A DNA stretch of 64,000 nucleotides from Gemmatimonadales bacterium (lineage in GTDB: Bacteria > Gemmatimonadota > Gemmatimonadetes > Gemmatimonadales > GWC2-71-9): positions 93,854 through 157,853 of the forward strand of contig DATJQI010000054.1 in the NCBI GenBank assembly GCA_035505915.1. Reading direction: 5' to 3'. The notes under the pieces were generated by a model. The model saw only the letters and a program-made list of their open reading frames with translations, was not told where the DNA came from and ran no database searches. Positions 38,564 through 47,602 of the stretch are shown here, piece after piece. Every line of letters begins with the position of its first letter. The stretch's first letter is position 1. The position numbers were made by a program, and so were the translations under genes.

Positions 38564-40248
38564 CCGGGCGGATCGCCGTGCTGTCCGATCGGGTGGCGGA
38601 CCAGATCGCCGCGGGCGAGGTGGTCGAGCGCCCCGCCTCGGTCGTGAAGGAGCTGGTCGAGAACGCCCTCGACGCCGGCGCGCGCCAGATCCGCGTGGAG
38701 ATCGAGGACGGCGGCCGCACGCTCATCCGCATCTCCGACGACGGGCACGGCATGGGCCGGGCCGACGCGCGCCTCGCGCTCTCGCGGCACGCCACCAGCA
38801 AGATCCGGGACGCCAGCGACTTGATCGGCGTGGCCACCTTCGGATTCCGGGGAGAAGCCCTCCCCGCCATCGCATCCGTCTCCCGGTTCGAACTCGAGAC
38901 GGTGGAGGCGGGAAATGGTGAGGCCGGGATCCGGTTGTCGGTAGTGGGCGGGAAGATCGAGGCCGAAGAGGACGTAGTGCGCCGGGCCGGCACGACGGTC
39001 ACGGCGCGCGGGCTCTTCTTCAATACGCCGGCCCGCCGGAAGTTCTTGCGGGCGGCGGCATCGGAGACCCGCGCGGTCAGCGAGGTAATGACGCTCCTGG
39101 CGCTGGCCCGGCCCGACGTCGCCTTCTCCCTGACGAGCGACGGCCGCTCGTTGCTCGACCTGCCGCCCGCGGACCGGCAGATCGATCGGATTCACGCACT
39201 CTGGGGCCGGGAGCTCGCGGATTCGCTCCTGCCGGTTGGCCATCGCCGCGGGGCGGTGGAGGTCACGGGGTTCGCGCAGCGTCCCTCGCAGGCCAAGCCC
39301 GCGGGGCGCAAGGCCCATGTGTTCCTCCGGGGCCGCCCCATCAAGGATCCGTTCCTCATCCGGGCCGCCGAGGCGGGGTACCGCTCGACCATTCACCCCG
39401 GGGACCGGCCGACGATCCTGCTGTTTCTCGACCTGCCCGGCGACGCCGTGGACGTCAACGTGCATCCCGCGAAGCTCGAAGTGCGATTCCGGGACCGGTA
39501 CGGACTCGAGAAGATGGTGGAGGAGGCCGTCCGCGAGGCGCTGGCTCCGCTCGAGGCGGCGTCGCCCATCGGATCCGCGCCCGCGGGAACGCCGTGGGGC
39601 GGGTTGGACCGGGACATTCCCGACGGGCAGCCCATCGCGCTCTTCCCCGGCGAGGTGGTCTCGCCCGAAGCGCGGCGGCCGGTGCCGGCGCTCCTCCAGG
39701 TGTTCGACTCCTACATCCTCTTCCAGACCGACGCCGCCGTCGCGATCGTCGACCAGCACTCGGCCCACGAGCGGGTGCTGTATGAGACCGTGATGCGTCA
39801 GCTCACGGGGGACGGGCTTCCGGCGCAGCGGCTGCTCTTGCCCATCACCCTCGAGCTGACCGCTCCGGAGCTCGACGCCGTGGAGCAGTACCGCGAGCTC
39901 CTGGCGCGGGTGGGCTTCGAGGTCGAGCCGTTCTCCGGGCGGACGCTGGTGGTGCACACGGCGCCCAATCCGCACCCGCGCTTCGATGCCGCGCGCTGCC
40001 TGCAGGAGTTGGTGGCGGATCTCGCGGGGGGCCGCTTCGGCGGCTGGCAGAACCGGCTGGAGCGCTTCGCCGCGACCTTCGCCTGCCGGGCGGCCATCAA
40101 GGCCGGGCACCGGCTGGACCCCGAGGAGATGCGCGAGCTGATCTACCGGCTGCTGACCGCCACCCTGCCGGCGCACGACGTCCACGGACGGCCCACCATC
40201 GTGCAGCTCCCGGCCGACGAGCTGGAGCGGCGCTTTGGGCGGAGCTGA
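38560..40248 (+). CDS. mutL: DNA mismatch repair protein MutL
   Basis: GTG overlaps the batD/E stop (GTGA). DQIAAGEVVERPASVVKELVENALDAGA..., C-terminal ..ACRAAIKAG..L. 562 aa. Confidence 0.92.
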   Translation: MTGRIAVLSDRVADQIAAGEVVERPASVVKELVENALDAGARQIRVEIEDGGRTLIRISDDGHGMGRADARLALSRHATSKIRDASDLIGVATFGFRGEALPAIASVSRFELETVEAGNGEAGIRLSVVGGKIEAEEDVVRRAGTTVTARGLFFNTPARRKFLRAAASETRAVSEVMTLLALARPDVAFSLTSDGRSLLDLPPADRQIDRIHALWGRELADSLLPVGHRRGAVEVTGFAQRPSQAKPAGRKAHVFLRGRPIKDPFLIRAAEAGYRSTIHPGDRPTILLFLDLPGDAVDVNVHPAKLEVRFRDRYGLEKMVEEAVREALAPLEAASPIGSAPAGTPWGGLDRDIPDGQPIALFPGEVVSPEARRPVPALLQVFDSYILFQTDAAVAIVDQHSAHERVLYETVMRQLTGDGLPAQRLLLPITLELTAPELDAVEQYRELLARVGFEVEPFSGRTLVVHTAPNPHPRFDAARCLQELVADLAGGRFGGWQNRLERFAATFACRAAIKAGHRLDPEEMRELIYRLLTATLPAHDVHGRPTIVQLPADELERRFGRS

Positions 40249-41197
40249 GCCGCCGCTCACCCCGGTGCTGGTGGGGCCCACGGCGTCGGGGAAGACCGCC
40301 CTCGCCGAGGCGCTGGCGGCACGGATGTCCCTCACGGTGGTCTCGGCGGATGCCCGGCAGGTCTATCGCGGGCTCGACATCGGCACCGCCAAACCCGATG
40401 CCGAGTTGTTGCGGCGGGTTCCGCACCGGGGCATCGACCTGGTGGCGGCCGGGGAGCGGTACAGCGCCGGCCGCTTCGCGGCGGAGGCGGCGGAGTGGAT
40501 CGGTGAGATCCGGCGGTCGGGGCGGACCCCGGTGGTGGTCGGGGGAACCGGGTTCTACATCCGCGCGTTGGGATCGGGGCTGTTCCAGGAGCCGGCGCTC
40601 GATCCCGTGCGACGGCAGGCGCTGCGGGAGTGGACCGAGGGGCTCGAGCCCGGCACGCTGGCGCGCTGGGCGGGGCGGCTCGATCCGCGGTTCGCGGGGG
40701 GCGGGCGGCAGCGGGCGGCCCGCGCCGTCGAAGTGGCGCTCCTGACCGGGCACTCGTTGTCGCACTGGCAAGTCGCCGCCCGCGAGACGGGGGTGATTCG
40801 CCCGTGGTACATTCAGCTCACCCTTCCGCGTCCCGTGTTGCACCGCCGGATCGCGGAGCGGGTGGACCGGATGCTCGCGGCGGGTCTCGAAGCCGAGGTG
40901 CACCGGGTGCTCGCGGCGGGGGTGGCGCCCGATGCTCCCGGGCTCGACGCGGTGGGCTATCGCGAGATCATCGCGGTGCGCGAGGGCCGGCTGGCGCGGG
41001 AGCGGCTCCGCGAGGCGATCGTCATCGCCACCCGGCAGTACGCGAAGCGGCAGGAGACGTGGTTCAACAATCAGGTGTCAGGGGTCAGGGGCCAGGGGTC
41101 AGTGGCTCCGGTGTGGAAACTTGACGCCACGCAGTCGCCGACTGAGCTGGCCCGGCTGGTACACGAGCGCTGGTCATCCCTGACCCCTGACCCCTGA
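40235..41197 (+). CDS. miaA: tRNA dimethylallyltransferase
   Basis: P-loop VGPTASGKTALAEALA, SADARQVYRGLDIGTAKP, ..TRQYAKRQETWF... TTG start. The last codons lie in heptamer repeat arrays. Confidence 0.9.
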   Translation: MGGAEPPLTPVLVGPTASGKTALAEALAARMSLTVVSADARQVYRGLDIGTAKPDAELLRRVPHRGIDLVAAGERYSAGRFAAEAAEWIGEIRRSGRTPVVVGGTGFYIRALGSGLFQEPALDPVRRQALREWTEGLEPGTLARWAGRLDPRFAGGGRQRAARAVEVALLTGHSLSHWQVAARETGVIRPWYIQLTLPRPVLHRRIAERVDRMLAAGLEAEVHRVLAAGVAPDAPGLDAVGYREIIAVREGRLARERLREAIVIATRQYAKRQETWFNNQVSGVRGQGSVAPVWKLDATQSPTELARLVHERWSSLTPDP

Positions 41198-41208
41198 CCC
41201 CTGGCCCC
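41077..41208. repeat. Inverted arrays of the heptamer GGGGTCA / TGACCCC bracketing the miaA 3' end
   Basis: 41077-41102 gtcaggggtcaggggccaggggtcag. 41178-41208 ccctgacccctgacccctgacccctggcccct. At least 16 bp are perfectly complementary in one register, and the 7-nt periodicity allows other registers. Confidence 0.8.
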
Positions 41209-41215
41209 TTTTCTC

Positions 41216-42343
41216 ATGCGCATCGGCATCACCTGCTATCCGACCTACGGCGGCTCCGGGGCCATCGCGACCGAGCTCGGGCTCGAGCTGGCCAAGCGCG
41301 GGCACGAGATCCATTTCATCTCGTACGCGAGCCCTTTCCGGCTCCCGAATTTCGCGGAGCGGGTCACTTTCCACGAGGTGACGCAGACCGAGTACCCGCT
41401 CTTCGAGCAGTCCTCTCCCTACGCGCTGGCCCTGGCGGTGAAGCAGCACGAGGTGGCGCTGCGCGAGCAGCTCGACCTCATGCACGTGCACTACGCCATC
41501 CCGCACGCGGCCACGGCGTGGCTGGCGAAACAGATGCTCGCGAGCCAGCGGGATCTGAAGCTGGTCACCACCCTGCACGGCACGGACATCACGCTGGTGG
41601 GGCGGGACCCGAGCTATTACACGCTCACCAAGTTCTCCATCGAGCGCTCCGACCGCGTCACGGCCGTGTCCCGGTACCTGCGCGAGGAGACGTACCGGGC
41701 GTTCGGGTGCGACCGCTGCGACGTCACGGTCATTCCGAACTTCGTGAACACCGCCGCGTACAAGGCGGCGCCCGACAGCTGGTTCCGCCGGGCGCTCGGC
41801 GCGGGGACGCAGCCGATCCTCCTCCACGTCTCGAACTTCCGTCCGGTCAAGCGGGTGGTGGACGTCGTCCGGGTGTTCGCCGGCGTGCGGCGGGTGATGC
41901 CCGCGATGCTGGTCATGGTCGGGGACGGCCCGGACCGCGACTCGGCACAGGCCGAAGCCGATGCGCTCGGTTTGAAGAGCGACGTCCGCTTCCTCGGGAA
42001 GGTCGACAACGTCGCCGACGTGATGCGGGGAGCGGATCTCTTCGTGCTGCCGTCGGAAGCGGAGTCGTTCGGGCTCGCGGCGCTCGAGGCGATGGCCTGC
42101 GGCGTCCCGGTGGTGGCGTCCAACGCCGGCGGGCTTCCCGAGCTCATCATCGAAGGGGAGACGGGGTTCCTGACGCCCCCCGGAGAGGTGGACGCGATGA
42201 CCGAGCGGGCTCTCTCCATCCTGAAGGACCGGGACCGCGCCGCGCGCATGCGGCGGGCGGCCATCGAGCGGGCGCAGGCGTTCTCCGTGGACAAAGTGGT
42301 TCCCACGTACGAAGGCCTGTACCAAGACCTCCTCCGTGCGTGA
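41216..42343 (+). CDS. bshA: N-acetyl-alpha-D-glucosaminyl L-malate synthase (bacillithiol biosynthesis glycosyltransferase BshA)
   Basis: MRIGITCYPTYGGSGAIATELGLELAKRGHEIHFISYASPFRL...HVHYAIPHA..LAKQML...TTLHGTDIT is near-collinear with Bacillus BshA. Confidence 0.8.
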   Translation: MRIGITCYPTYGGSGAIATELGLELAKRGHEIHFISYASPFRLPNFAERVTFHEVTQTEYPLFEQSSPYALALAVKQHEVALREQLDLMHVHYAIPHAATAWLAKQMLASQRDLKLVTTLHGTDITLVGRDPSYYTLTKFSIERSDRVTAVSRYLREETYRAFGCDRCDVTVIPNFVNTAAYKAAPDSWFRRALGAGTQPILLHVSNFRPVKRVVDVVRVFAGVRRVMPAMLVMVGDGPDRDSAQAEADALGLKSDVRFLGKVDNVADVMRGADLFVLPSEAESFGLAALEAMACGVPVVASNAGGLPELIIEGETGFLTPPGEVDAMTERALSILKDRDRAARMRRAAIERAQAFSVDKVVPTYEGLYQDLLRA

Positions 42344-43157
42344 TCTGCTCCGCCTGATTCGCGCCCACAACCTCCTCGTCGCCGCCGCCGGCATCCTGGC
42401 CGGTGGATTCATCGCGCTCGGCCGGATCGCCGTCCCCGCGCCGCTCTTCTGGGCCGCCCTGTCCGGGATCGGCCTCGGGACCGCGGGGAACGTCTGGAAC
42501 GACATCTGGGACGAGCCCGGCGACCGGACCAATCAGCGTTCCGACCGTCCCCTGGCCGCCGGGCGGATGGGGCGGGGCACCGCGGACCTGAGCGTGTTCT
42601 GGGGCGTCCTCGTGGGCCTGGGCGCCGCGGCGCTGGTCGGGGGGACGCTGGTGGGACTCGCCGCGCTGGCGCTCGTCCTGATGGCCCTGTATTCCCCGGT
42701 GCTCAAGCGGCAGGGGCTGGCGGGGAATCTCACCGTCGCCGCGGTGGCGGGGTTCCCGCTGGCGTACGGTGCCATCGCGGCCGGTGCGGGTGAGACCGGC
42801 CTCGTGCCGTGGGCGCTCGCCGCGTGGCTCCACTTCGGGCGGGAGATCGTGAAGGATCTGGTGGACGTGGCGGGAGACCGGTCTCTCGGGCGCCGCACGC
42901 TCCCCATCCGGCGCGGGGAGAGGGCGGCACGGCGGGTGGCGCGAGGCTCCCTGGGGGCCTTCATTCCCGTCGCGCTCCTCCTGCCGGCGCTCGCCCGGTA
43001 CGGCGCCTGGTATTACGTGGGCGCCGTGCCCGCGATCGGGCTGGTGTGGGCCGCGCTGCGCGCCCTCGGGGGCGGGCGTTACGCGTCGGCCATCCGGTTG
43101 CTCAAGTACGCGATGCCCGTCGGGGTCGCCGCTCTCGTACTCGGGAGGATCGGGTGA
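42336..43157 (+). CDS. UbiA-superfamily prenyltransferase
   Basis: NVWNDIWDEPGDRTNQRSDRPLAAGRM (NxxxDxxxD) and a second Asp-rich motif KDLVDVAGD. About 8 TM helices. Confidence 0.75.
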   Translation: MRDLLRLIRAHNLLVAAAGILAGGFIALGRIAVPAPLFWAALSGIGLGTAGNVWNDIWDEPGDRTNQRSDRPLAAGRMGRGTADLSVFWGVLVGLGAAALVGGTLVGLAALALVLMALYSPVLKRQGLAGNLTVAAVAGFPLAYGAIAAGAGETGLVPWALAAWLHFGREIVKDLVDVAGDRSLGRRTLPIRRGERAARRVARGSLGAFIPVALLLPALARYGAWYYVGAVPAIGLVWAALRALGGGRYASAIRLLKYAMPVGVAALVLGRIG

Positions 43158-43161
43158 CCTG

Positions 43162-43968
43162 GTGGCCAGGCGTGATCGCGCGGCTCGCGGTGGCCACGGT
43201 TCGGACCGCCGGGCTGTGGCGGCCCTGACCCTCGACGGCGTCGCCGGGGCGGGGCTGGCCCGGCGCTGGGGGGTGCCGCAGGCGACGTACGTCGCGACGG
43301 TCGGGTCCACGCTGGACACGATCCACGAGCTCGGGGCGCAGGGCGCGCCGTCCGGCACCGTGGTGGTGGCCGAAGTGCAGACGGCGGGGCGCGGGCGGGA
43401 CGGCCGGACCTGGCGCTCGCCGGCGGGCGGGTTCTGGCTCGGCGTCCTGCTGCGGCCCCCCGCCTCGGACCTCGGCGTCTATTCGATCCGGGCCGGCCTG
43501 GTGCTGGCCGACGCGATCGACGATCTCGTGCCGGGGGCGCATGCCCGGCTCAAGTGGCCGAACGACGTCGTGATCGCCGACCGCAAAGTAGCCGGGATTC
43601 TCTGCGAGGGGCGCTGGCAGGGGGAGTCCTTGCAGTGGCTGGCGCTGGGGATCGGCTGCAACGTGACCAACGACATCCCCGCGGAGCTCGCGGAGAGCGC
43701 CACCCGCCTCGCGGATCACCGCCCCGGCAGCACGCGGCTGGGCCTGGGAGACCGCCTGGTGCCGGCGCTGCCGCGCCTGGGAGCGTCGGGGCTGCGGCTC
43801 ACCGATACGGAGATGCTGGCGTTCCAGGGGCGGGACTGGCTCTGGGGGCGCGCGATCCGGGCGCCGGTGGCGGGCCGGGCCCGCGGCATCCGTCCCGACG
43901 GCGCCCTGATGGTGGAGACCGACGGCGGGCTCTCGGCCGTGCGGGAAGGGCACGTGGCGCTGGCGTGA
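43162..43968 (+). CDS. birA: Biotin--[acetyl-CoA-carboxylase] ligase
   Basis: AEVQTAGRGRDGRTWRSPAGG and KWPNDVV motifs. The start is uncertain, with in-frame GTGs downstream. Confidence 0.85.
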   Translation: MARRDRAARGGHGSDRRAVAALTLDGVAGAGLARRWGVPQATYVATVGSTLDTIHELGAQGAPSGTVVVAEVQTAGRGRDGRTWRSPAGGFWLGVLLRPPASDLGVYSIRAGLVLADAIDDLVPGAHARLKWPNDVVIADRKVAGILCEGRWQGESLQWLALGIGCNVTNDIPAELAESATRLADHRPGSTRLGLGDRLVPALPRLGASGLRLTDTEMLAFQGRDWLWGRAIRAPVAGRARGIRPDGALMVETDGGLSAVREGHVALA

Positions 43969-43985
43969 GGTAGATTAGCGCCCCT

Positions 43986-44765
43986 ATGCTGCTCGCCCTC
44001 GACGTCGGCAACACCGAGACCACCCTGGGCCTCTTCGACCGGGACCGGCTGGCCCATCACTGGCGGCTGACGACGACCGTCCACCGGACTCCCGACGAGT
44101 GGGGCGCGGCGATCACGGCGTATCTGACGCAGGCCGGGCACTCGACCAGTGAGGTGCGGGCCGCCGTCGTGGCGTCGGTGGTGCCGCTGGTGTCGCACGC
44201 GCTGGGCGAGGGACTCCGGCTGGCGATCGGCCCCGCCCCGGTGTTCGTCGACGCCCGCGCCAAGCTTCCCATCACCCTCGACGTGGACGAGCCGCTGACG
44301 GTCGGCGCCGACCGGATCGTCAACACCCTCGCGGCGTCCCACCTGTATCACGACGACGTCATCGTCGTCGATTTCGGCACCGCCACGACGTTCGACTGCA
44401 TCACGCGGGACGCCCGGTTCATCGGCGGCGTGATCATGCCCGGCGTAGTGACCGCCGCGAGCGAGCTGGTGCGCAAGACGGCCAAGCTGCCGGCCGCCGA
44501 GCTGTCGCCGCCGGCGCACGCGATCGGCCGGCGCACGGAGGATTGCATCCGGTCGGGCGTGCTGTTCGGGGCCGCGGAGGCGATCGACGGGCTGATCCGG
44601 CGCGTGCGGGCGGAGTGGCCGGGGGGTGGGCAGCCGCGGGCGGTGGCGACGGGCGGGCTCGCGTCGCTGATCGCCCCGCTGTGCCGGGAGATCACCGCGA
44701 TCGACGCCGATCTGACCCTCACCGGGCTCCGGCTCGCCGCCTCCGCGCTCGGGCTGTCCTGGTGA
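43986..44765 (+). CDS. coaX: Type III pantothenate kinase
   Basis: MLLALDVGNTETTLGLF..., ..VVDFGTATTFD.. ASKHA-fold motifs. Confidence 0.9.
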   Translation: MLLALDVGNTETTLGLFDRDRLAHHWRLTTTVHRTPDEWGAAITAYLTQAGHSTSEVRAAVVASVVPLVSHALGEGLRLAIGPAPVFVDARAKLPITLDVDEPLTVGADRIVNTLAASHLYHDDVIVVDFGTATTFDCITRDARFIGGVIMPGVVTAASELVRKTAKLPAAELSPPAHAIGRRTEDCIRSGVLFGAAEAIDGLIRRVRAEWPGGGQPRAVATGGLASLIAPLCREITAIDADLTLTGLRLAASALGLSW

Positions 44766-45676
44766 CCGACGCCCGCGCCGCCACCATCTGGCGTCGCTGG
44801 GGGTACGGGCTCCTGCCCGGCGACGGGTTCTCCTACTTCCTGCATCTCAGGCCCGCCGAGTGGCCCATCATGGCGGGGCACACCCTGCTGGGCTATGTGC
44901 TCGCGGTCGGCTGGTCCGGTCTCGTCGCCGGGGACCATCTCCGCGCCGCGGTCCTCGCGCTCGTGATCTGGGTCGTGTTCCTGAACGGCGGGACCCTCGC
45001 CATCAACAGCGTGTTCGACCGGGACGAGGGGGACATCGGCTATCTCCGGACGCCGCCCCCCCTGCCGCGGCACCTGCTCGGGTTCAGCGTCGCGCTCCTG
45101 GTGGCGGGACAGGCGTTGGCGTTCGCGCTGCCGGCGGGCTTTCGGCTGGCGTACGCGATCTGTTTCGCGATGTCCCTCGCGTACTCGGTACCCCCGTTCC
45201 GGTTCAAAGCGGTCGCCGGGGTGGATTGGGTGATCAACATGTGGGGGTTCGGTGCCCTCACGCCGTACGCGGCCTGGGCGGCGAGCGGGCGGCCGCTCGA
45301 TCTGGGGCACGCCGTGATCTTTCTGTCGTTCTGCGCGCTTTTCGCCGGCCTGTACCCGCTGACCCAGATTTACCAGCTCGACGAGGACCGCCGGCGCGGG
45401 GATCGGACCCTGGCGCTGATCTTCGGCCTGGACGCGAGCCTGTGGCTCGCCGCCGGGTGCGTGGTCTTCGCGTTCGGCGGACTGTCCTGGGCCGCGACCA
45501 TCCTGGGCCGGTCCGCCGGGCCCGTCCTGGTGGCCCTCGCGGCCTGGCTGGTGGTCCTCGGGATCTGGATTCGCGAGCGGAACCGGTGGACCCCCCACCA
45601 GCACCAGCGCGGGATGTACTGGGCCCTCGCGGCCTGGGCGGTGACCGACGTCGCGGTCCTGCTCGTCTTTGCCTGA
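44762..45676 (+). CDS. UbiA-superfamily prenyltransferase (second copy)
   Basis: GTG overlaps the coaX stop (GTGA). LNGGTLAINSVFDRDEGD (NxxxDxxxD) and QIYQLDEDRRRGDRTL. Multiple TM helices. Confidence 0.7.
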   Translation: MTDARAATIWRRWGYGLLPGDGFSYFLHLRPAEWPIMAGHTLLGYVLAVGWSGLVAGDHLRAAVLALVIWVVFLNGGTLAINSVFDRDEGDIGYLRTPPPLPRHLLGFSVALLVAGQALAFALPAGFRLAYAICFAMSLAYSVPPFRFKAVAGVDWVINMWGFGALTPYAAWAASGRPLDLGHAVIFLSFCALFAGLYPLTQIYQLDEDRRRGDRTLALIFGLDASLWLAAGCVVFAFGGLSWAATILGRSAGPVLVALAAWLVVLGIWIRERNRWTPHQHQRGMYWALAAWAVTDVAVLLVFA

Positions 45677-45727
45677 GCCCTTCGTTAGATTGCAGGCCGG
45701 ACCCTTCTCCTTCGAGGAGCACTTCGG

Positions 45728-46354
45728 ATGTCGGCGACCGCCACTCCCTCCACCGGGACCCTGACCGACCGAACCGAGCTGCCGCACATCCTCATGAGCG
45801 GCACGAAGTTGGGCATCCTGACGGCCCTGTTCGTGGTGCTGTACCTCCTCATCTGGCGCTTCGTGCCCGGAATGGCCGGGCAGCTGCTCGAATCGGCGGT
45901 GGTGCTGGCGGGGGGGCTCGCGATGGCGCTCTTGCCCGCCCAGTGGACGGCGGCCCGGCACACGGAGGGCATCGCCGGCGCGGCCGGCGTCGGGCTCTTC
46001 AGCAGTGTGGTGTTCATGGCCATCGACATCGTGGTGCTCCGCCCGGTGCACGCCTATCCGTGGACGTGGGACGCGATCGGCGGCAACAGCACCTGGTGGT
46101 ATCTGCCGGTGTGGTGGCAGCTGGGCACGTTCATTTCCTGGCAAGGCGCGATGTTCACCGCCGGCCGCAGCGCCAAGGCCCCGGCGGGCGTGGGAGGGCT
46201 GGCGGTGCCGCTCGTGATCGGCGCGGTGGTGCTCGGGATCGTCGCCCGCGTCCTCGGCTTCGGATTCACGCAGATGTATCCGGTCGCCATCGGCTTCGGG
46301 TTCGCCGTCACGCTCACCGTTCTCGGAGTCGCCGCCATCGCCCGGAAGGCGTGA
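45728..46354 (+). CDS. Integral membrane protein, unknown function
   Basis: 208 aa with about 5 hydrophobic helices and a Trp-rich loop (STWWYLPVWWQLGTFISW). Confidence 0.55.
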   Translation: MSATATPSTGTLTDRTELPHILMSGTKLGILTALFVVLYLLIWRFVPGMAGQLLESAVVLAGGLAMALLPAQWTAARHTEGIAGAAGVGLFSSVVFMAIDIVVLRPVHAYPWTWDAIGGNSTWWYLPVWWQLGTFISWQGAMFTAGRSAKAPAGVGGLAVPLVIGAVVLGIVARVLGFGFTQMYPVAIGFGFAVTLTVLGVAAIARKA

Positions 46355-46365
46355 CGGACTGAGGC

Positions 46366-46644
46366 GTGCCGCGCTGGCTCGCGCACTTCCTCCTGGTCGT
46401 CGGCTGGCTCCTCACGCCCGTCTGTGCGTGGGGAGCTTCGTATTTCGGGCTCTGGGCCGGTGCGAAGATCGGGGTCCGGCTGTCCGGACCCGGCGCGATG
46501 ATCGGCGTGTCCCTGGGGATCGCGTTCTGCGGCGGATTCGCGGTGCTCGCCCTCTGGGTGCGGATGATGCGCCGGGTGCCGCACTGGCTCGCCCATCGGA
46601 TGGCGCCCCGTCGGTCGCAGGAAGTCCCGCGTGCGACGGACTGA
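46366..46644 (+). CDS. Small membrane protein, unknown function
   Basis: 92 aa with two hydrophobic helices. GTG start 11 nt after the previous stop. Confidence 0.45.
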   Translation: MPRWLAHFLLVVGWLLTPVCAWGASYFGLWAGAKIGVRLSGPGAMIGVSLGIAFCGGFAVLALWVRMMRRVPHWLAHRMAPRRSQEVPRATD

Positions 46645-47602
46645 CGTGGCGCTGATCGCGCTCGCGGCGCTCGCGCGCCCGCTCGCCGCGCAACGGGAGC
46701 TCGAGCTGCGCTACGGGCAGTGGTACCGCGGCGGCGACGGCGCGACCTACGAGCTCCGCACCCACGCGCCGCTGTCCGGCGTCGTCTCGCAGACCTTCGG
46801 ATTCACCGCGCTCATCAACGACCGCCTCGGACGGCACCAGGCGTACTACGGTCTGGGGTGGGAGGCGCACATCTTCCGCGGCACGTACACGTTCGGACCG
46901 TACGCCCTCCTGGGCGCCGGGCTCGGGCTGTCGACCGACACGGCGCAGCAGGCGCTCGCCGCGTTGTGGAGCGTCGGCGGCGGACTCGAGTGGCGCCCGT
47001 TCGACCGGTTCGCCCTCGGACTCGAGGGGCGCTACCGCGTCGAGGACCGCGGCCCCCGGGGATTCTGGGCGGGCGGCGGGTCCCCCCGAAAGGGCGTGTC
47101 GCTGTCCCTCGGGGTCGCGATCGGGCTGGGCGCGAGGCGGGACGGGATCGCGAGCCGGCCGGGGAGCGGACTCCCGGCCGACGCGCCCCCGCAGCCGCCC
47201 ACGACCATCACGGGGAACGCGGCCGACGTGGTGCGCACGGCCCTCGACGTGCTCGGCACGCCGTATCAGTGGGGCGGCACCGCCGACAATGGGTTCGACT
47301 GTTCGGGATTGATCCAGTACGCGTACGGGCAGCACGGCATCCGCCTGCCGCGGGTGAGCCGGGATCAGGCGCACGCCGGGTCGGAAGTGACGCCGGTGGT
47401 CGAGGCGCTCCAACCCGGAGACCTCCTGCTCTTTTCGGCGCGTCCCGGTGCCGGCGTGACTCACGTCGGGATGTACGTCGGGGACGGGAAGTTCATCCAC
47501 AGCGCGACCGGCGGCGTGAAGATCTCGCGGCTCGACGCCGCGGACCCGGAGGGCGCCTACTGGATCCCCCGCTGGGTCGGGGCGCGGAGAGTCATTCCGT
47601 GA
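46631..47602 (+). CDS. NlpC/P60 (C40) cell-wall peptidase with N-terminal beta-barrel-like domain
   Basis: C-terminal YQWGGTADNGFDCSGLIQYAY...THVGMYVGDGKFIHS. The N-terminal 170 aa has a signal peptide and alternating amphipathic strands (GLGLEGRYRV, GVSLSLGVAIGLG). Confidence 0.8.
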   Translation: MRRTDVALIALAALARPLAAQRELELRYGQWYRGGDGATYELRTHAPLSGVVSQTFGFTALINDRLGRHQAYYGLGWEAHIFRGTYTFGPYALLGAGLGLSTDTAQQALAALWSVGGGLEWRPFDRFALGLEGRYRVEDRGPRGFWAGGGSPRKGVSLSLGVAIGLGARRDGIASRPGSGLPADAPPQPPTTITGNAADVVRTALDVLGTPYQWGGTADNGFDCSGLIQYAYGQHGIRLPRVSRDQAHAGSEVTPVVEALQPGDLLLFSARPGAGVTHVGMYVGDGKFIHSATGGVKISRLDAADPEGAYWIPRWVGARRVIP

